Source of the DNA: a virus
IMG/VR virus record: IMGVR_UViG_3300033571_022960
Coordinates: 32,001-96,000 of that record
Length of the DNA: 64,000 nucleotides
Reading direction: 5' to 3' (one strand)
The notes below the pieces were generated by a model. The model was not told the DNA's origin, did not search any database, and was given only the letters and a program-made list of their open reading frames with translations. A program made the position numbers and the translations under genes. This document shows, piece by piece, positions 47,193 through 56,462 of the stretch. Positions within the stretch are counted from its first letter, which is position 1. Each line of letters opens with the position of its first letter.

Positions 47193-47484
47193 TCTACAAA
47201 AATCAAGATATTCTTTTTTTAATATAAATGAAGAAGTCTGGGTTAATCTTGATTTATTTAAACGAGATTGTAAATATAGATTTTATTTGGATGTCAATAA
47301 AATAGAGTATAGTGAATGTAAAATTGATAATACTAATAATTTAATTGAAAGTTTTTATGGTACTGTTTTATATAAAAAAATGGATGATTATCCATTAACA
47401 CATATTTACATTTCTAAAAATAAAATTGATTATGATTTTATGAGAAAACATGGTTTAGATTATTTTTTAGTGTTAGGGAAATAA
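47167..47484 (+). CDS. MxLxKT-family small protein
   Basis: MNLQKTITNLQKSRYSFFN..VWVNLDLFK. Confidence 0.7.
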   Translation: MNLQKTITNLQKSRYSFFNINEEVWVNLDLFKRDCKYRFYLDVNKIEYSECKIDNTNNLIESFYGTVLYKKMDDYPLTHIYISKNKIDYDFMRKHGLDYFLVLGK

Positions 47485-47626
47485 ATGCAAAATTTATTTT
47501 TTAATCCTTCACTTCTTTTTATATTATTATGGTTTTTTGCGTAAAACCTTTTAAAATAACACCTATATTTAATATTTTACTTTATTTTTATCATTTTTTT
47601 TATTAGATTTATTAGAAAATTAAAAA

Positions 47627-48469
47627 ATGAGAAAAGTAGTTTTAGATGAAGATATGGAGAAAGATATTGTTTCTTTGTATTGTGATATGCAAATAGGTAT
47701 TGAGGAACTTTGTAAAACCTATTCGGTAGGTAAATTAAGAATTAAAGAAATTTTAAATAAACATTCCATACCTATTAAAAAAAGAGGTGCTCAAAATATG
47801 TTTAGTGAGGAAGTTAATTTAACTGAATTTAAAGTTCCACCATTTATTATTGAATGTGATGAAAATGAAAAGGTTGTTGCAGTTTGCAAAAAAACTGGAA
47901 AACAATTTAATGATTACTCAAATAAAAGTGGTGCATTATCTAAATATTATAAAGAAAATTTTCCTGAAATAGAAATTCCTACTGATAATATTCCTATTAA
48001 AAAATATTTCTTAGAAAATGGTAAAAATTGGTTTGAAGAATATTTTGATTTTAAGATAATTAAATTAAAAGAAACAAAGAAATGTCCTTATTGTGATTGG
48101 GAGACAACTGATATAGATAATAAAAGTGGTTATTTTCAAAAACACATAAAAAAAGTACATAATATAAATCCAGAAGATTACTTAAAAGAATATCCTAACG
48201 ATATAAAATATTTTACAAATTTAAAAAATAATAAAGAAAGAATAGAAAAATTATCCAAAAATGATACAATTAAGTGTGAAATATGTGGTGAAGAAATGTT
48301 ATTTATTGCTGGACATTTAATAAAACATGAAATTACAATATCTGAATACAAAGATATGTTCCCAAATGCAAAAATAATGGGTTTAAATACTAAAGAATTG
48401 TTAAAAGAAATGGGATTCGTTAAAATTTATAATTGTGGTTTATTTAGATATGTATTAGATTTAAATTAA
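47627..48469 (+). CDS. Zn-finger homing-endonuclease-like protein, apparently lacking a nuclease domain
   Basis: N-terminal HTH, CPYC..HIKKVH and CEIC..H..H fingers, ends GFVKIYNCGLFRY; adjoins the capsid gene. Confidence 0.5.
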   Translation: MRKVVLDEDMEKDIVSLYCDMQIGIEELCKTYSVGKLRIKEILNKHSIPIKKRGAQNMFSEEVNLTEFKVPPFIIECDENEKVVAVCKKTGKQFNDYSNKSGALSKYYKENFPEIEIPTDNIPIKKYFLENGKNWFEEYFDFKIIKLKETKKCPYCDWETTDIDNKSGYFQKHIKKVHNINPEDYLKEYPNDIKYFTNLKNNKERIEKLSKNDTIKCEICGEEMLFIAGHLIKHEITISEYKDMFPNAKIMGLNTKELLKEMGFVKIYNCGLFRYVLDLN

Positions 48470-48497
48470 AAAAGGTGGGATATTAATCCCACCTTTT
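48470..48497. terminator. bidirectional terminator
   Basis: AAAAGGTGGGATATTAATCCCACCTTTT between convergent genes. Confidence 0.85.
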
Positions 48498-48518
48498 AAA
48501 GATTAATTAAGAAAAAAA

Positions 48519-50240
48519 TTATCTTAATTCATTAAGATTGAAGGTTTGAACCCCATCAACCGTAATTTTACCGTAAAATCGGTTATTGACAACTTTTTTC
48601 GCGTATCTTGATGCAATACCCTTTACAGGTGTCATAGTAAATGGATTATACATTACAGGAGTTAATTGTAATGGCACATAAGGTGCATAAATATAACCAG
48701 CATCTAACAATGATTTACCTTTATGACCAATCAAGATAGTATTAGCAGGTGAATAAGGGTCACGGTAAACCGTGTAACGACCACTCAAAGAACCTACTTT
48801 CTCAATACCCATGTTATATTGGTCCTCTTCAGGTGCTGCGTTAGAAACGTGGAAATATTCCAAATCGTCAAGAATTGCAGATACCTCAGAAGATACAACG
48901 ATAAAGTTAGCACCACCTCTCAAAGTAGATTTATGGATTTGAGCAGAGATTTGATTGATTTTAGTCATCAAAGTCTGATTCCAATCTTTTTGAGTGTAAG
49001 GTGTAAAACCGTTAGTACTAGAACGTTTCCAACCATTATAGTCCCAACGTAATTTCCAAGCGGCAGCCTTACGTAAGTCACGTAAAATTTCACGGTCAAT
49101 CTCAGCAGCAATTTGTTCTGATAATAGAGCAGTCAATTCTGCTTCAGCATCAATGTTGTGGAATGCACTAACATCTTGCGCCATTTCAGGAGACCAAGTT
49201 GCTCTTAATTTTCTATCAGTAACAGCAACAGTTACAGACTCAATGTCAAAAGTAACTTCTGCAATTTCTGCTTCAAATTCTAATGAATCATAAACTTTAT
49301 AAGTAACTGTCAATGCAGATAAAGCAGGAACAGTAGAACCAGTATAACCAGTCACATCATCACAGTCAAAACAAGCAGGACTAGACAAATCTAATTCAAT
49401 ATAAAGTTTACCTTCTTGGTCACAAATATCGAAATAAGATGCACTACCGAATTTAGAACCTGTACCACGAGTGTTAGCAACAATAGATTTACCGTATTTT
49501 TGAGTTACAACTCTAAAATCAACAACTGCATTACTATTTGCAGTGTTAACAACCTTTAAAGATGCCAAAAATTCTTCGGTATCCATTTCATTACCACGAC
49601 CATCTAATATTTTACCATAACCATCACTATTATTAACAGTAAAACCAGTTAATTCTACAATTGCATATTTTGCAGTTGTACCAGCAATACTTGCAGGAAC
49701 AGTATTTCCTGATGCATTTAAAGTAACATAACGACTAGCGGTTAAATTAACAGTAGTTGCTTTACCTTTAGTTCTGTCGAATAAAGAATTATCATAATCT
49801 GATTCTTGATAGAAACTGTCATACAAAGATTTAGTTTCATAAGCAGGACCACCAGTAGTATTTGGCCAACCGTAAGGTTTGTCATGAGAACCATCAGAAT
49901 TTCTTACAGAAATCTTAGGGTTAAAGTAGAACAATTTACCGATTGGTAAGTTCATTGCTTGAACTGAAACGATGTCATTTGCCAAAAGTTTAGAGAATAC
50001 TCTACGTACAATTGGGAATACAACTGTTTCAAATGAACCTGAACTATCAGTAGTAGTTGCTTCATTGATTAGGTATGATGCTTGGTTTTCATACAATTGA
50101 GCAATGTTTTCTTTTAAATGACCTTTAAGACCATCTAAGAAACCTGCTTCATCCCACTTGCGAATAGTGGTTTTTCTCGCCTCTTTAATTTGGTTTAATC
50201 CGATATTTCCGAATTCACCACTTGATAAAATACTTCCCAT
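48519..50240 (-). CDS. major capsid protein (T4 gp23-like)
   Basis: VFPIVRR..SVQAMNLP..RKLRATWSPEMAQD..IDAEAEL..EIDREI..YAPYVPL..SRYAK. Confidence 0.95.
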   Translation of the reverse strand: MGSILSSGEFGNIGLNQIKEARKTTIRKWDEAGFLDGLKGHLKENIAQLYENQASYLINEATTTDSSGSFETVVFPIVRRVFSKLLANDIVSVQAMNLPIGKLFYFNPKISVRNSDGSHDKPYGWPNTTGGPAYETKSLYDSFYQESDYDNSLFDRTKGKATTVNLTASRYVTLNASGNTVPASIAGTTAKYAIVELTGFTVNNSDGYGKILDGRGNEMDTEEFLASLKVVNTANSNAVVDFRVVTQKYGKSIVANTRGTGSKFGSASYFDICDQEGKLYIELDLSSPACFDCDDVTGYTGSTVPALSALTVTYKVYDSLEFEAEIAEVTFDIESVTVAVTDRKLRATWSPEMAQDVSAFHNIDAEAELTALLSEQIAAEIDREILRDLRKAAAWKLRWDYNGWKRSSTNGFTPYTQKDWNQTLMTKINQISAQIHKSTLRGGANFIVVSSEVSAILDDLEYFHVSNAAPEEDQYNMGIEKVGSLSGRYTVYRDPYSPANTILIGHKGKSLLDAGYIYAPYVPLQLTPVMYNPFTMTPVKGIASRYAKKVVNNRFYGKITVDGVQTFNLNELR

Positions 50241-50259
50241 ATTAATTTATTTAGTTTTT

Positions 50260-51534
50260 TTAGGAATTTTTATTGAACGTAAAGTTCATTAATTGTTTCA
50301 TTCTTTCTGTTTGAGGGTCACGATATACAGTTTCCCCAATCAGTTGTTTACTTGTACCACTTGCAATTTGTTTATCAATATTCTCAACGATATTTTGTGA
50401 TTTTGATTTTTGTTTCATTTCATTCATAATTTGTCTATAAATGTTTTTTGATTCTTTTAAATCAGTAACACCTTCAAAACGTTTAACAATATCAATTTTT
50501 TCTTGCTTAGTAGTTGTATTTTCTGTGAAAAGTCTAATCATGTGTGAAAAATTAGAATTAAATACTGCAACTTCATTTAGTTTTCCTCTAAAATGATTTA
50601 ATGCAGATTTATATTCTTCATTTAAACTTTTGAATTTAGAAAGGGTTTCTTTAAGTTCTTTGTTTTCATTCTTAATTTTAACCATTTCTTTTTTCAATTC
50701 CACACTTTCATTAGTTCTTTCAGCAGGTCTTTTTAATTTATCAGGAAAAGACTTATCTTTAGAAACCATCTTTCTACCATTTGAGTGGGTTCTTGATGCT
50801 TCTTCCAAATCATCCATTTCATCTAAATCAATTTCTTCAATTTCATATACAGATTCTTGTGTTGGTTCTGTTTCTTCACTTCCAAAAAGTAAATCCATTT
50901 TTTCTGAATCTTCATCTTCTGAAAGTTCAATTTCATAAACCAAATCTGATTCATCCATATCCATGTCAATGTCTTTACCTTCTTCTGATTCAGTTCTAAT
51001 TAAGTATTCTTCATCACCATCACGTAATGAAATATCCCCACCATCCTGGTGAACTTCAATTTCATCATCTGCAGTCATTTTCTTGAATACTTTAACTATT
51101 TCTTCATCATTCATTTGGGTTAAGTCCATAACACCACCATCATCAACTAAAGAATCTTCTAAAGAAGGTGAGGGTAATTCTGAATCCAAATCTGATACTT
51201 CTGAATCAACATCTAACATTGGAGTTTCATCTGAAACTTCATCTGACATTGGTTCATCTAATGATGGTTCTATTTCTGTCGCATCAGAAACTTCTTCATC
51301 TGTTTCTACATCACCCATGTTAACATCAGTATCAACTTCTGTTTCATCATTTTCGGTGTCTGTGTTGTCTTTTTCTTCATCATCCAATTCAGTCACTAAA
51401 GACTCTTTTACAAGTTGGTTAATTTCTTCTCTCATTTGTGATTGAAGTGTTTCTTTTACTTGTTTCTTGAAGATTTTCTCGATTTGCGATGCTTCGAGTA
51501 ATGCCTCTTCAATTACGGATTTTTTTTCACTCAT
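50260..51534 (-). CDS. prohead scaffold/core protein
   Basis: Acidic coiled-coil protein directly upstream of the capsid gene; LNEVAVFN; minus-strand ATATTTAT at 51587-51594. Confidence 0.75.
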   Translation of the reverse strand: MSEKKSVIEEALLEASQIEKIFKKQVKETLQSQMREEINQLVKESLVTELDDEEKDNTDTENDETEVDTDVNMGDVETDEEVSDATEIEPSLDEPMSDEVSDETPMLDVDSEVSDLDSELPSPSLEDSLVDDGGVMDLTQMNDEEIVKVFKKMTADDEIEVHQDGGDISLRDGDEEYLIRTESEEGKDIDMDMDESDLVYEIELSEDEDSEKMDLLFGSEETEPTQESVYEIEEIDLDEMDDLEEASRTHSNGRKMVSKDKSFPDKLKRPAERTNESVELKKEMVKIKNENKELKETLSKFKSLNEEYKSALNHFRGKLNEVAVFNSNFSHMIRLFTENTTTKQEKIDIVKRFEGVTDLKESKNIYRQIMNEMKQKSKSQNIVENIDKQIASGTSKQLIGETVYRDPQTERMKQLMNFTFNKNS

Positions 51535-51649
51535 TTTAAATATTTGTAAAAAATTAAAAATTATGTTGCATTGCAACGATTATGATATAAATATATCGTT
51601 TTTTGAAAAATTCTATTTTTTATAAAAAAAATTAAAATATTTTTTTGCA

Positions 51650-51681
51650 ATTGATTTTATGAAAAAAAAATTGTAGTTTTG
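51650..51681 (+). promoter_or_regulatory. Bacteroidota-type promoter, near-leaderless
   Basis: ATTG-N20-TAGTTTTG-N4-ATG. Confidence 0.6.
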
Positions 51682-51685
51682 TTAA

Positions 51686-51931
51686 ATGAAAACTTTTTTT
51701 GAAATATCTGAATTAAAAGAATCAAAAAATAAAGATTGGGTTATAGATATTCTAAACCGTTTTGGATTGAGTACAACCAATTATAGTTTATCTTATAAAA
51801 ACAACCAAGTAGTTATTTACTCTGGTAATCATAAAATTATTTCAAAAGAAATAAACGGTAAAACCCAATACGAAATGTATTCACAAATACCACCACTTCA
51901 TAAACATCCAAAAAAAACAATTATTATATGA
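51686..51931 (+). CDS. hypothetical early protein
   Basis: 81 aa. Confidence 0.5.
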   Translation: MKTFFEISELKESKNKDWVIDILNRFGLSTTNYSLSYKNNQVVIYSGNHKIISKEINGKTQYEMYSQIPPLHKHPKKTIII

Positions 51932-53025
51932 AAGAAATACAAAACTCAATAACATTCTATACCTCATCTTTTGAGGATTTGGTTTTTCTTTATGAAAGAG
52001 AAAGACAAATTAATTTAAAATATAAAAAAAGTTTCAATAATGTTAATCTAACTAAGTTTGATGAAAAGTGGGGTAAATATACATTTAAAGAATCAGATTA
52101 TTCATATTTAAAAAATAAAGAATTAAAAGTTTCTCTTTTTAATAAATTTTATATTATTAACGAAACTTTGGAACTATCCAAAGAAAATAAAGTTGATAAA
52201 ACTATTTATCTTTTTACAAAAGACAGTTATGAAAACTCTGGAAAAATAAGTAGATTTATTTTGTTTTATGAACAAGAAACTGATTTAGTTAAGGAAATAA
52301 TAAAGGATATTATTAATTGTATGGAGGATTTGGAAAAAACTGAAAAATCAACATTAAATATTATTATTGATGATGGTGGAAATTTAAGATTAAAACCATT
52401 TCAAATTTCTTCAAAGGAAATTAATTTTGATAAACATTATAATAAATCATGCAAAGAATTTGTTGATGAATTATTGGATAAAGTTAAATTGGAAAAAGGT
52501 TTATTCTTAATGCATGGAAAACCTGGGACTGGTAAAACATCCCTAATAAGATGGATTATTAGTGTTTTAGATAAAAAAATGATTTATATTCCACCTGAAA
52601 TGACAAGTGTAATATCAAATCCAAATTTCATTAAATTTTTAATGAACCATCCAAAATCAATTCTTGTTATTGAGGATGCTGAAACCGTATTAATGAAAAG
52701 AACAAGTGGTGGAAGTTCTGCAATTCAAAATATCTTAAATCTTTGTGATGGTTTATTGTCTGATATGTTGCAAATACAAGTTATTGCAACTTTTAATACC
52801 GATATTAAGGATATTGACCCTGCATTATTAAGACCTGGTAGATTAAATGGTATATACGAATTTAAGGAATTGGATGATGATATTGCAAAAAATTTATGTC
52901 ATGAATTGGGTGTTGATTTCGATTCTTTAAGGGAAAAAACTTTGGCAGAAATCTTTAATTCAAATGATAAATTTTCTTTTAACAAAAAGGTTGTTAGAAA
53001 ATCAATTGGTTTCTCAAGTAAATAA
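51928..53025 (+). CDS. AAA+ ATPase (BCS1-like)
   Basis: HGKPGTGKT, VIEDAE, ILNLCDG, IDPALLRPGRL. Confidence 0.88.
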   Translation: MKEIQNSITFYTSSFEDLVFLYERERQINLKYKKSFNNVNLTKFDEKWGKYTFKESDYSYLKNKELKVSLFNKFYIINETLELSKENKVDKTIYLFTKDSYENSGKISRFILFYEQETDLVKEIIKDIINCMEDLEKTEKSTLNIIIDDGGNLRLKPFQISSKEINFDKHYNKSCKEFVDELLDKVKLEKGLFLMHGKPGTGKTSLIRWIISVLDKKMIYIPPEMTSVISNPNFIKFLMNHPKSILVIEDAETVLMKRTSGGSSAIQNILNLCDGLLSDMLQIQVIATFNTDIKDIDPALLRPGRLNGIYEFKELDDDIAKNLCHELGVDFDSLREKTLAEIFNSNDKFSFNKKVVRKSIGFSSK

Positions 53026-53031
53026 TATAAA

Positions 53032-53414
53032 ATGTATAAAGGAATTGTAGAAAATATTCGTAATTTTAAGTGGGGTAATATTTTTATAATAAATGTTTAT
53101 ATCAAGTTATTGATATAAAAAAAACAAATTTAAATATAAATGATTTTGTTGAGGTAGTGTTTTAAAAACTCCTGATAAACCTATTACCAACACCAATAAA
53201 AATACATCTTGAAATCAAGGATATTATTGAAAAAAATGATTGGATAAGTCTTAATAATTATATTTCTTCATTTATAAATCCTGATACACACATAGGAATA
53301 TTAAGAACAATTTTGGTTGCAATTAAAACTTTTAGGAATAAACTAGAAATAAAAAGTAGTATTGATAAAATATCTGAACTTTTACAATCTAAAATAACCA
53401 AACCACTATTATGA
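53032..53414 (+). pseudogene. degraded coding region
   Basis: Broken frames at 53032-53165, then an 81-codon frame (53169-53411) without an ATG whose stop overlaps the next ATG. Confidence 0.35.
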
Positions 53415-53653
53415 AAGAAGGAAAATTAAATACCAACATAAAAGATAGGGTAGTAACACCAAAGGAAGAAGTTTTACCACCACCTTCTGCAATTAATCAG
53501 AAAATAATCTTAGAATTATCAAATGATGATGCAAAAAAAATTCTTCATTGTCTAATGAGAACAAATGCAAGAAATAATAATAGTGGTTTAACAAATATTC
53601 TTGATGTTTGTGAAAGGGTTGAAAAGGAATTATATGAAAAAATTAGTTGGTAA
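53411..53653 (+). CDS. hypothetical protein
   Basis: 80 aa. Confidence 0.5.
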   Translation: MKEGKLNTNIKDRVVTPKEEVLPPPSAINQKIILELSNDDAKKILHCLMRTNARNNNSGLTNILDVCERVEKELYEKISW

Positions 53654-53654
53654 T

Positions 53655-53921
53655 TTAATCATAAAATTCATCAGTAACTCCACCAGTTTGTCCTAAATAT
53701 TTTGGAAATCTTGGTTTTACTCTACCTACAAGTAATACATTTGCATTACCAGAACCAACCGTTTCAACTTTTAAATCAAATGTGTTGGGTCCTGATAAAG
53801 AAAGTGATTGTCCGTTAAATGTAACTGAATAAGGTCCTGCACCATTAACAACAACTCTATAAAAAAGATGTGTATTGGTGTTTGCAGATGTGGATGGAAT
53901 TATTATATCGTTTACGTTCAT
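53655..53921 (-). CDS. hypothetical late protein
   Basis: Minus-strand ATATTTAT at 53931-53938; beta-rich. Confidence 0.55.
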   Translation of the reverse strand: MNVNDIIIPSTSANTNTHLFYRVVVNGAGPYSVTFNGQSLSLSGPNTFDLKVETVGSGNANVLLVGRVKPRFPKYLGQTGGVTDEFYD

Positions 53922-53937
53922 TTTTATTTTATAAATA

Positions 53938-53969
53938 TTTGATTTTTTGAAAAATTTTTATTAAATTTG
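53938..53969 (+). promoter_or_regulatory. Bacteroidota-type promoter, near-leaderless
   Basis: Exact TTTG-N20-TAAATTTG-N4-ATG. Confidence 0.65.
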
Positions 53970-53973
53970 AGTA

Positions 53974-54183
53974 ATGAATACTTTTGGTAAACTTATTGAT
54001 GATATAAGAAAAGAAATAAAATATATTAATATTAGTTTTGAGGAAGTTCCTTTTGGTGAAATTATGACGATAAAAATACCAAATAAACCAAATCGAATGA
54101 TTGTAATAAATAGTAAATTAATAAATAATAAAGATTATACTGATATATTAGAAACATCAATTAAAACCTTAAAATTATTTTAA
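53974..54183 (+). CDS. hypothetical early protein
   Basis: 69 aa. Confidence 0.5.
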   Translation: MNTFGKLIDDIRKEIKYINISFEEVPFGEIMTIKIPNKPNRMIVINSKLINNKDYTDILETSIKTLKLF

Positions 54184-54184
54184 A

Positions 54185-54430
54185 ATGAAAAATAAGTATC
54201 AAAACGAAAAACAAAAAGTATTTAATCCAAATTTCAATGATAATCACCCCGAAAAAAAATCAGATGAAATATTTTTAATAAATTTAAAAGAAGGTAAAGA
54301 AAATAATTTCAATAACATTGACTTTATAACAGATATTAGAGCAGGTAATACTGCATATACTAATACTGGTGATATAGTTGAAGGATTTAAACCCTTATTT
54401 GGTAAATTAATATGTAGATGGACTCAATAA
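54185..54430 (+). CDS. hypothetical protein
   Basis: HPEKKSDEIFLIN..RAGNTAY. Confidence 0.55.
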   Translation: MKNKYQNEKQKVFNPNFNDNHPEKKSDEIFLINLKEGKENNFNNIDFITDIRAGNTAYTNTGDIVEGFKPLFGKLICRWTQ

Positions 54431-55005
54431 TTAAAAAGTGTAAAGGTAATATTTTTGAAAAAAGTGGTATTAATATTTTATATCCTATTATAATAAAAGA
54501 TTGGGATGAAGATGACCCTCTTGGTGGGTTTTGTGGGTTTGATAAAACAATTCATATAAATAAACATATTATTAATAATAATGGATTATTAAATAGAGTT
54601 GTATATCACGAATTTTTACATTTATTCTTACAAGTTGATACAAAATTATTTTATGATGTTTTGAGGGATAGATTTATATCAACCTATTTCTTTTACTTAA
54701 ACAAATATTGCAATAAATACCAAGTGGTAATAATAAATCCAGATTGTGATGTTTGGGTTAAATTTAAACAAACCAATAGTGAGGGACTTAGAAATCAAAG
54801 TAAATTGAGAAAAAACAACTCTTTATCAAATAATTACAATCAATTTACTATGTTAACTGAATTTATTGTTCATAATTCAGATTATTATTTTAATATAAAT
54901 TTTAATGATGTAGTATTTGAGGATAAAACTATTTTAGAAATGAACAAATTTGTTTTTAATTTAGTTTTGGATAATATAGATAAACATAGTAAATTAAAAA
55001 ATTAA
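54418..55005 (+). CDS. HExxH-containing metalloprotease-like protein
   Basis: GGFC..IHIN..VVYHEFLH. Confidence 0.55.
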   Translation: MDSIIKKCKGNIFEKSGINILYPIIIKDWDEDDPLGGFCGFDKTIHINKHIINNNGLLNRVVYHEFLHLFLQVDTKLFYDVLRDRFISTYFFYLNKYCNKYQVVIINPDCDVWVKFKQTNSEGLRNQSKLRKNNSLSNNYNQFTMLTEFIVHNSDYYFNINFNDVVFEDKTILEMNKFVFNLVLDNIDKHSKLKN

Positions 55006-55030
55006 TTATTAAACAAAAAAGGTATTAATT

Positions 55031-55585
55031 ATGATAAACAAAGAAAAATTAAAAGATATTGCATTGAATGCAATTAAAACTAAAGATTTTCATAAACTTA
55101 GATATATAGGTCAAACAATTGATTGTTTGTTGTTTGAACCTGAATATTCAGATGATGAACAATTATATATTTTATTTACAAAAATTAGTAAATTATTAAA
55201 TAATAATGATTTTGATTTATTACACAAATTAGAAGTTACAAATTATCCTGATTTGGATGAAATAGGTTTCCCTAAATGTGAAACTTTTGATAATTTAAAT
55301 GAAATATTCATTGTTGAGATGCGTAATAAAAAAGGTGAAACTGTCCCCTGTTGTTTCGTTTCTGATTCTATGGAAAAGGTTAAAAAATGGATGAAAGAAA
55401 ATACTGATTTTTCATACGGTTTTTGGTATTGGGCAATATTAAAAGGACAAGTTAATGGTTTAGGTTTTAATTTATATAAAGTTTATGATAAAAATGGTAA
55501 TCTATTAGATGAAGAACCAATCCAAAAAAGTTTCTTTGAAAAATTATTAATAAATATTTTTACAAATAAAACTGAAATACTTTGA
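55031..55585 (+). CDS. hypothetical protein
   Basis: 184 aa. Confidence 0.55.
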   Translation: MINKEKLKDIALNAIKTKDFHKLRYIGQTIDCLLFEPEYSDDEQLYILFTKISKLLNNNDFDLLHKLEVTNYPDLDEIGFPKCETFDNLNEIFIVEMRNKKGETVPCCFVSDSMEKVKKWMKENTDFSYGFWYWAILKGQVNGLGFNLYKVYDKNGNLLDEEPIQKSFFEKLLINIFTNKTEIL

Positions 55586-55917
55586 ATTTAAAAAATACTT
55601 TAGAAAATCTTAAAAAATCAAAAAATAGTTTTTTTAATACCACTAGTGGTATGGTAGTTTGGTTTGATATATATAAGGAAAATTTAGAGGTGTATAGTGA
55701 AGGTGCATTTATTTTTAAGTTAAAAGACACTAAAGAAATCAATAAACATTTTATTGATTGGAATTTTAAATATGGTGATAATGATTTTAAAGAATCTAAA
55801 ATGATACCAACAATAATCTTCAATTTTTACATTGAAACCCCTTCATATAATATTCCGTTTCATAGAAATAGTTTTAAATATCTTAGAAAAAAAGATTTTT
55901 TAATTAGAATCAAATGA
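55582..55917 (+). CDS. MxLxKT-family small protein
   Basis: TTG start; MNLKNTLENLKKSKNSFFN..VWFDIYKEN. Confidence 0.65.
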   Translation: MNLKNTLENLKKSKNSFFNTTSGMVVWFDIYKENLEVYSEGAFIFKLKDTKEINKHFIDWNFKYGDNDFKESKMIPTIIFNFYIETPSYNIPFHRNSFKYLRKKDFLIRIK

Positions 55918-56462
55918 TAATTAGTTTAGGTCACAGAAGGAGAGTTGGTAAAAATGAAGGTGCAAACTTTCTTTTACACTATATTAATGAACAATATAAA
56001 GGTACTGTTGAAATAATTTCTTTTGCAGATAAAGTTAAGGATATGTCATTTGATTTATATGGTCATTATGGATTAAAAGAAAAAGAATTCTATGAGAAAA
56101 ATCCACAATTTCGTGAACAACCTTTGCCAATAATAAACAAATCCCCAAGAGAAATTTGGATTGAATTCGGAAACAAAAATCGTGAAATTCATTCAAATGT
56201 GTGGGTTGATTGGGTAAAAAATAAAATCCCTAATTATGATAATGTTATTATTCCTGATTTAAGGTTTGAAAATGAGGGTAATATGATTCATGAAATGGGT
56301 GGTGTTTGTGTACGTATTGATAATCCAAGAATTCCACATTCAAATGATGTATCTGATTGTGCATTGGAAAATTGGAATGGGTGGGATTTTATTATTGACA
56401 ATAATGGAACATTGGAAGAATTTTATCAGAAATTAATTTATGTTTATAAAAAATTGAAGTGA
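55914..56462 (+). CDS. deoxynucleoside monophosphate kinase (T4 gp1-like)
   Basis: SLGHRRRVGKN, ISFADKVK, SPREIW, IIPDLRFENE, IIDNNGTLEE. Confidence 0.85.
   Translation: MIISLGHRRRVGKNEGANFLLHYINEQYKGTVEIISFADKVKDMSFDLYGHYGLKEKEFYEKNPQFREQPLPIINKSPREIWIEFGNKNREIHSNVWVDWVKNKIPNYDNVIIPDLRFENEGNMIHEMGGVCVRIDNPRIPHSNDVSDCALENWNGWDFIIDNNGTLEEFYQKLIYVYKKLK

Noticed and set aside
41433-47484. Diversity-generating retroelement behind the paralog variation
   Set aside because: No reverse transcriptase is in the window. The mismatches in the 99-bp repeat (T/A, C/G, C/T) are not adenine-specific, and the middles differ by indels.
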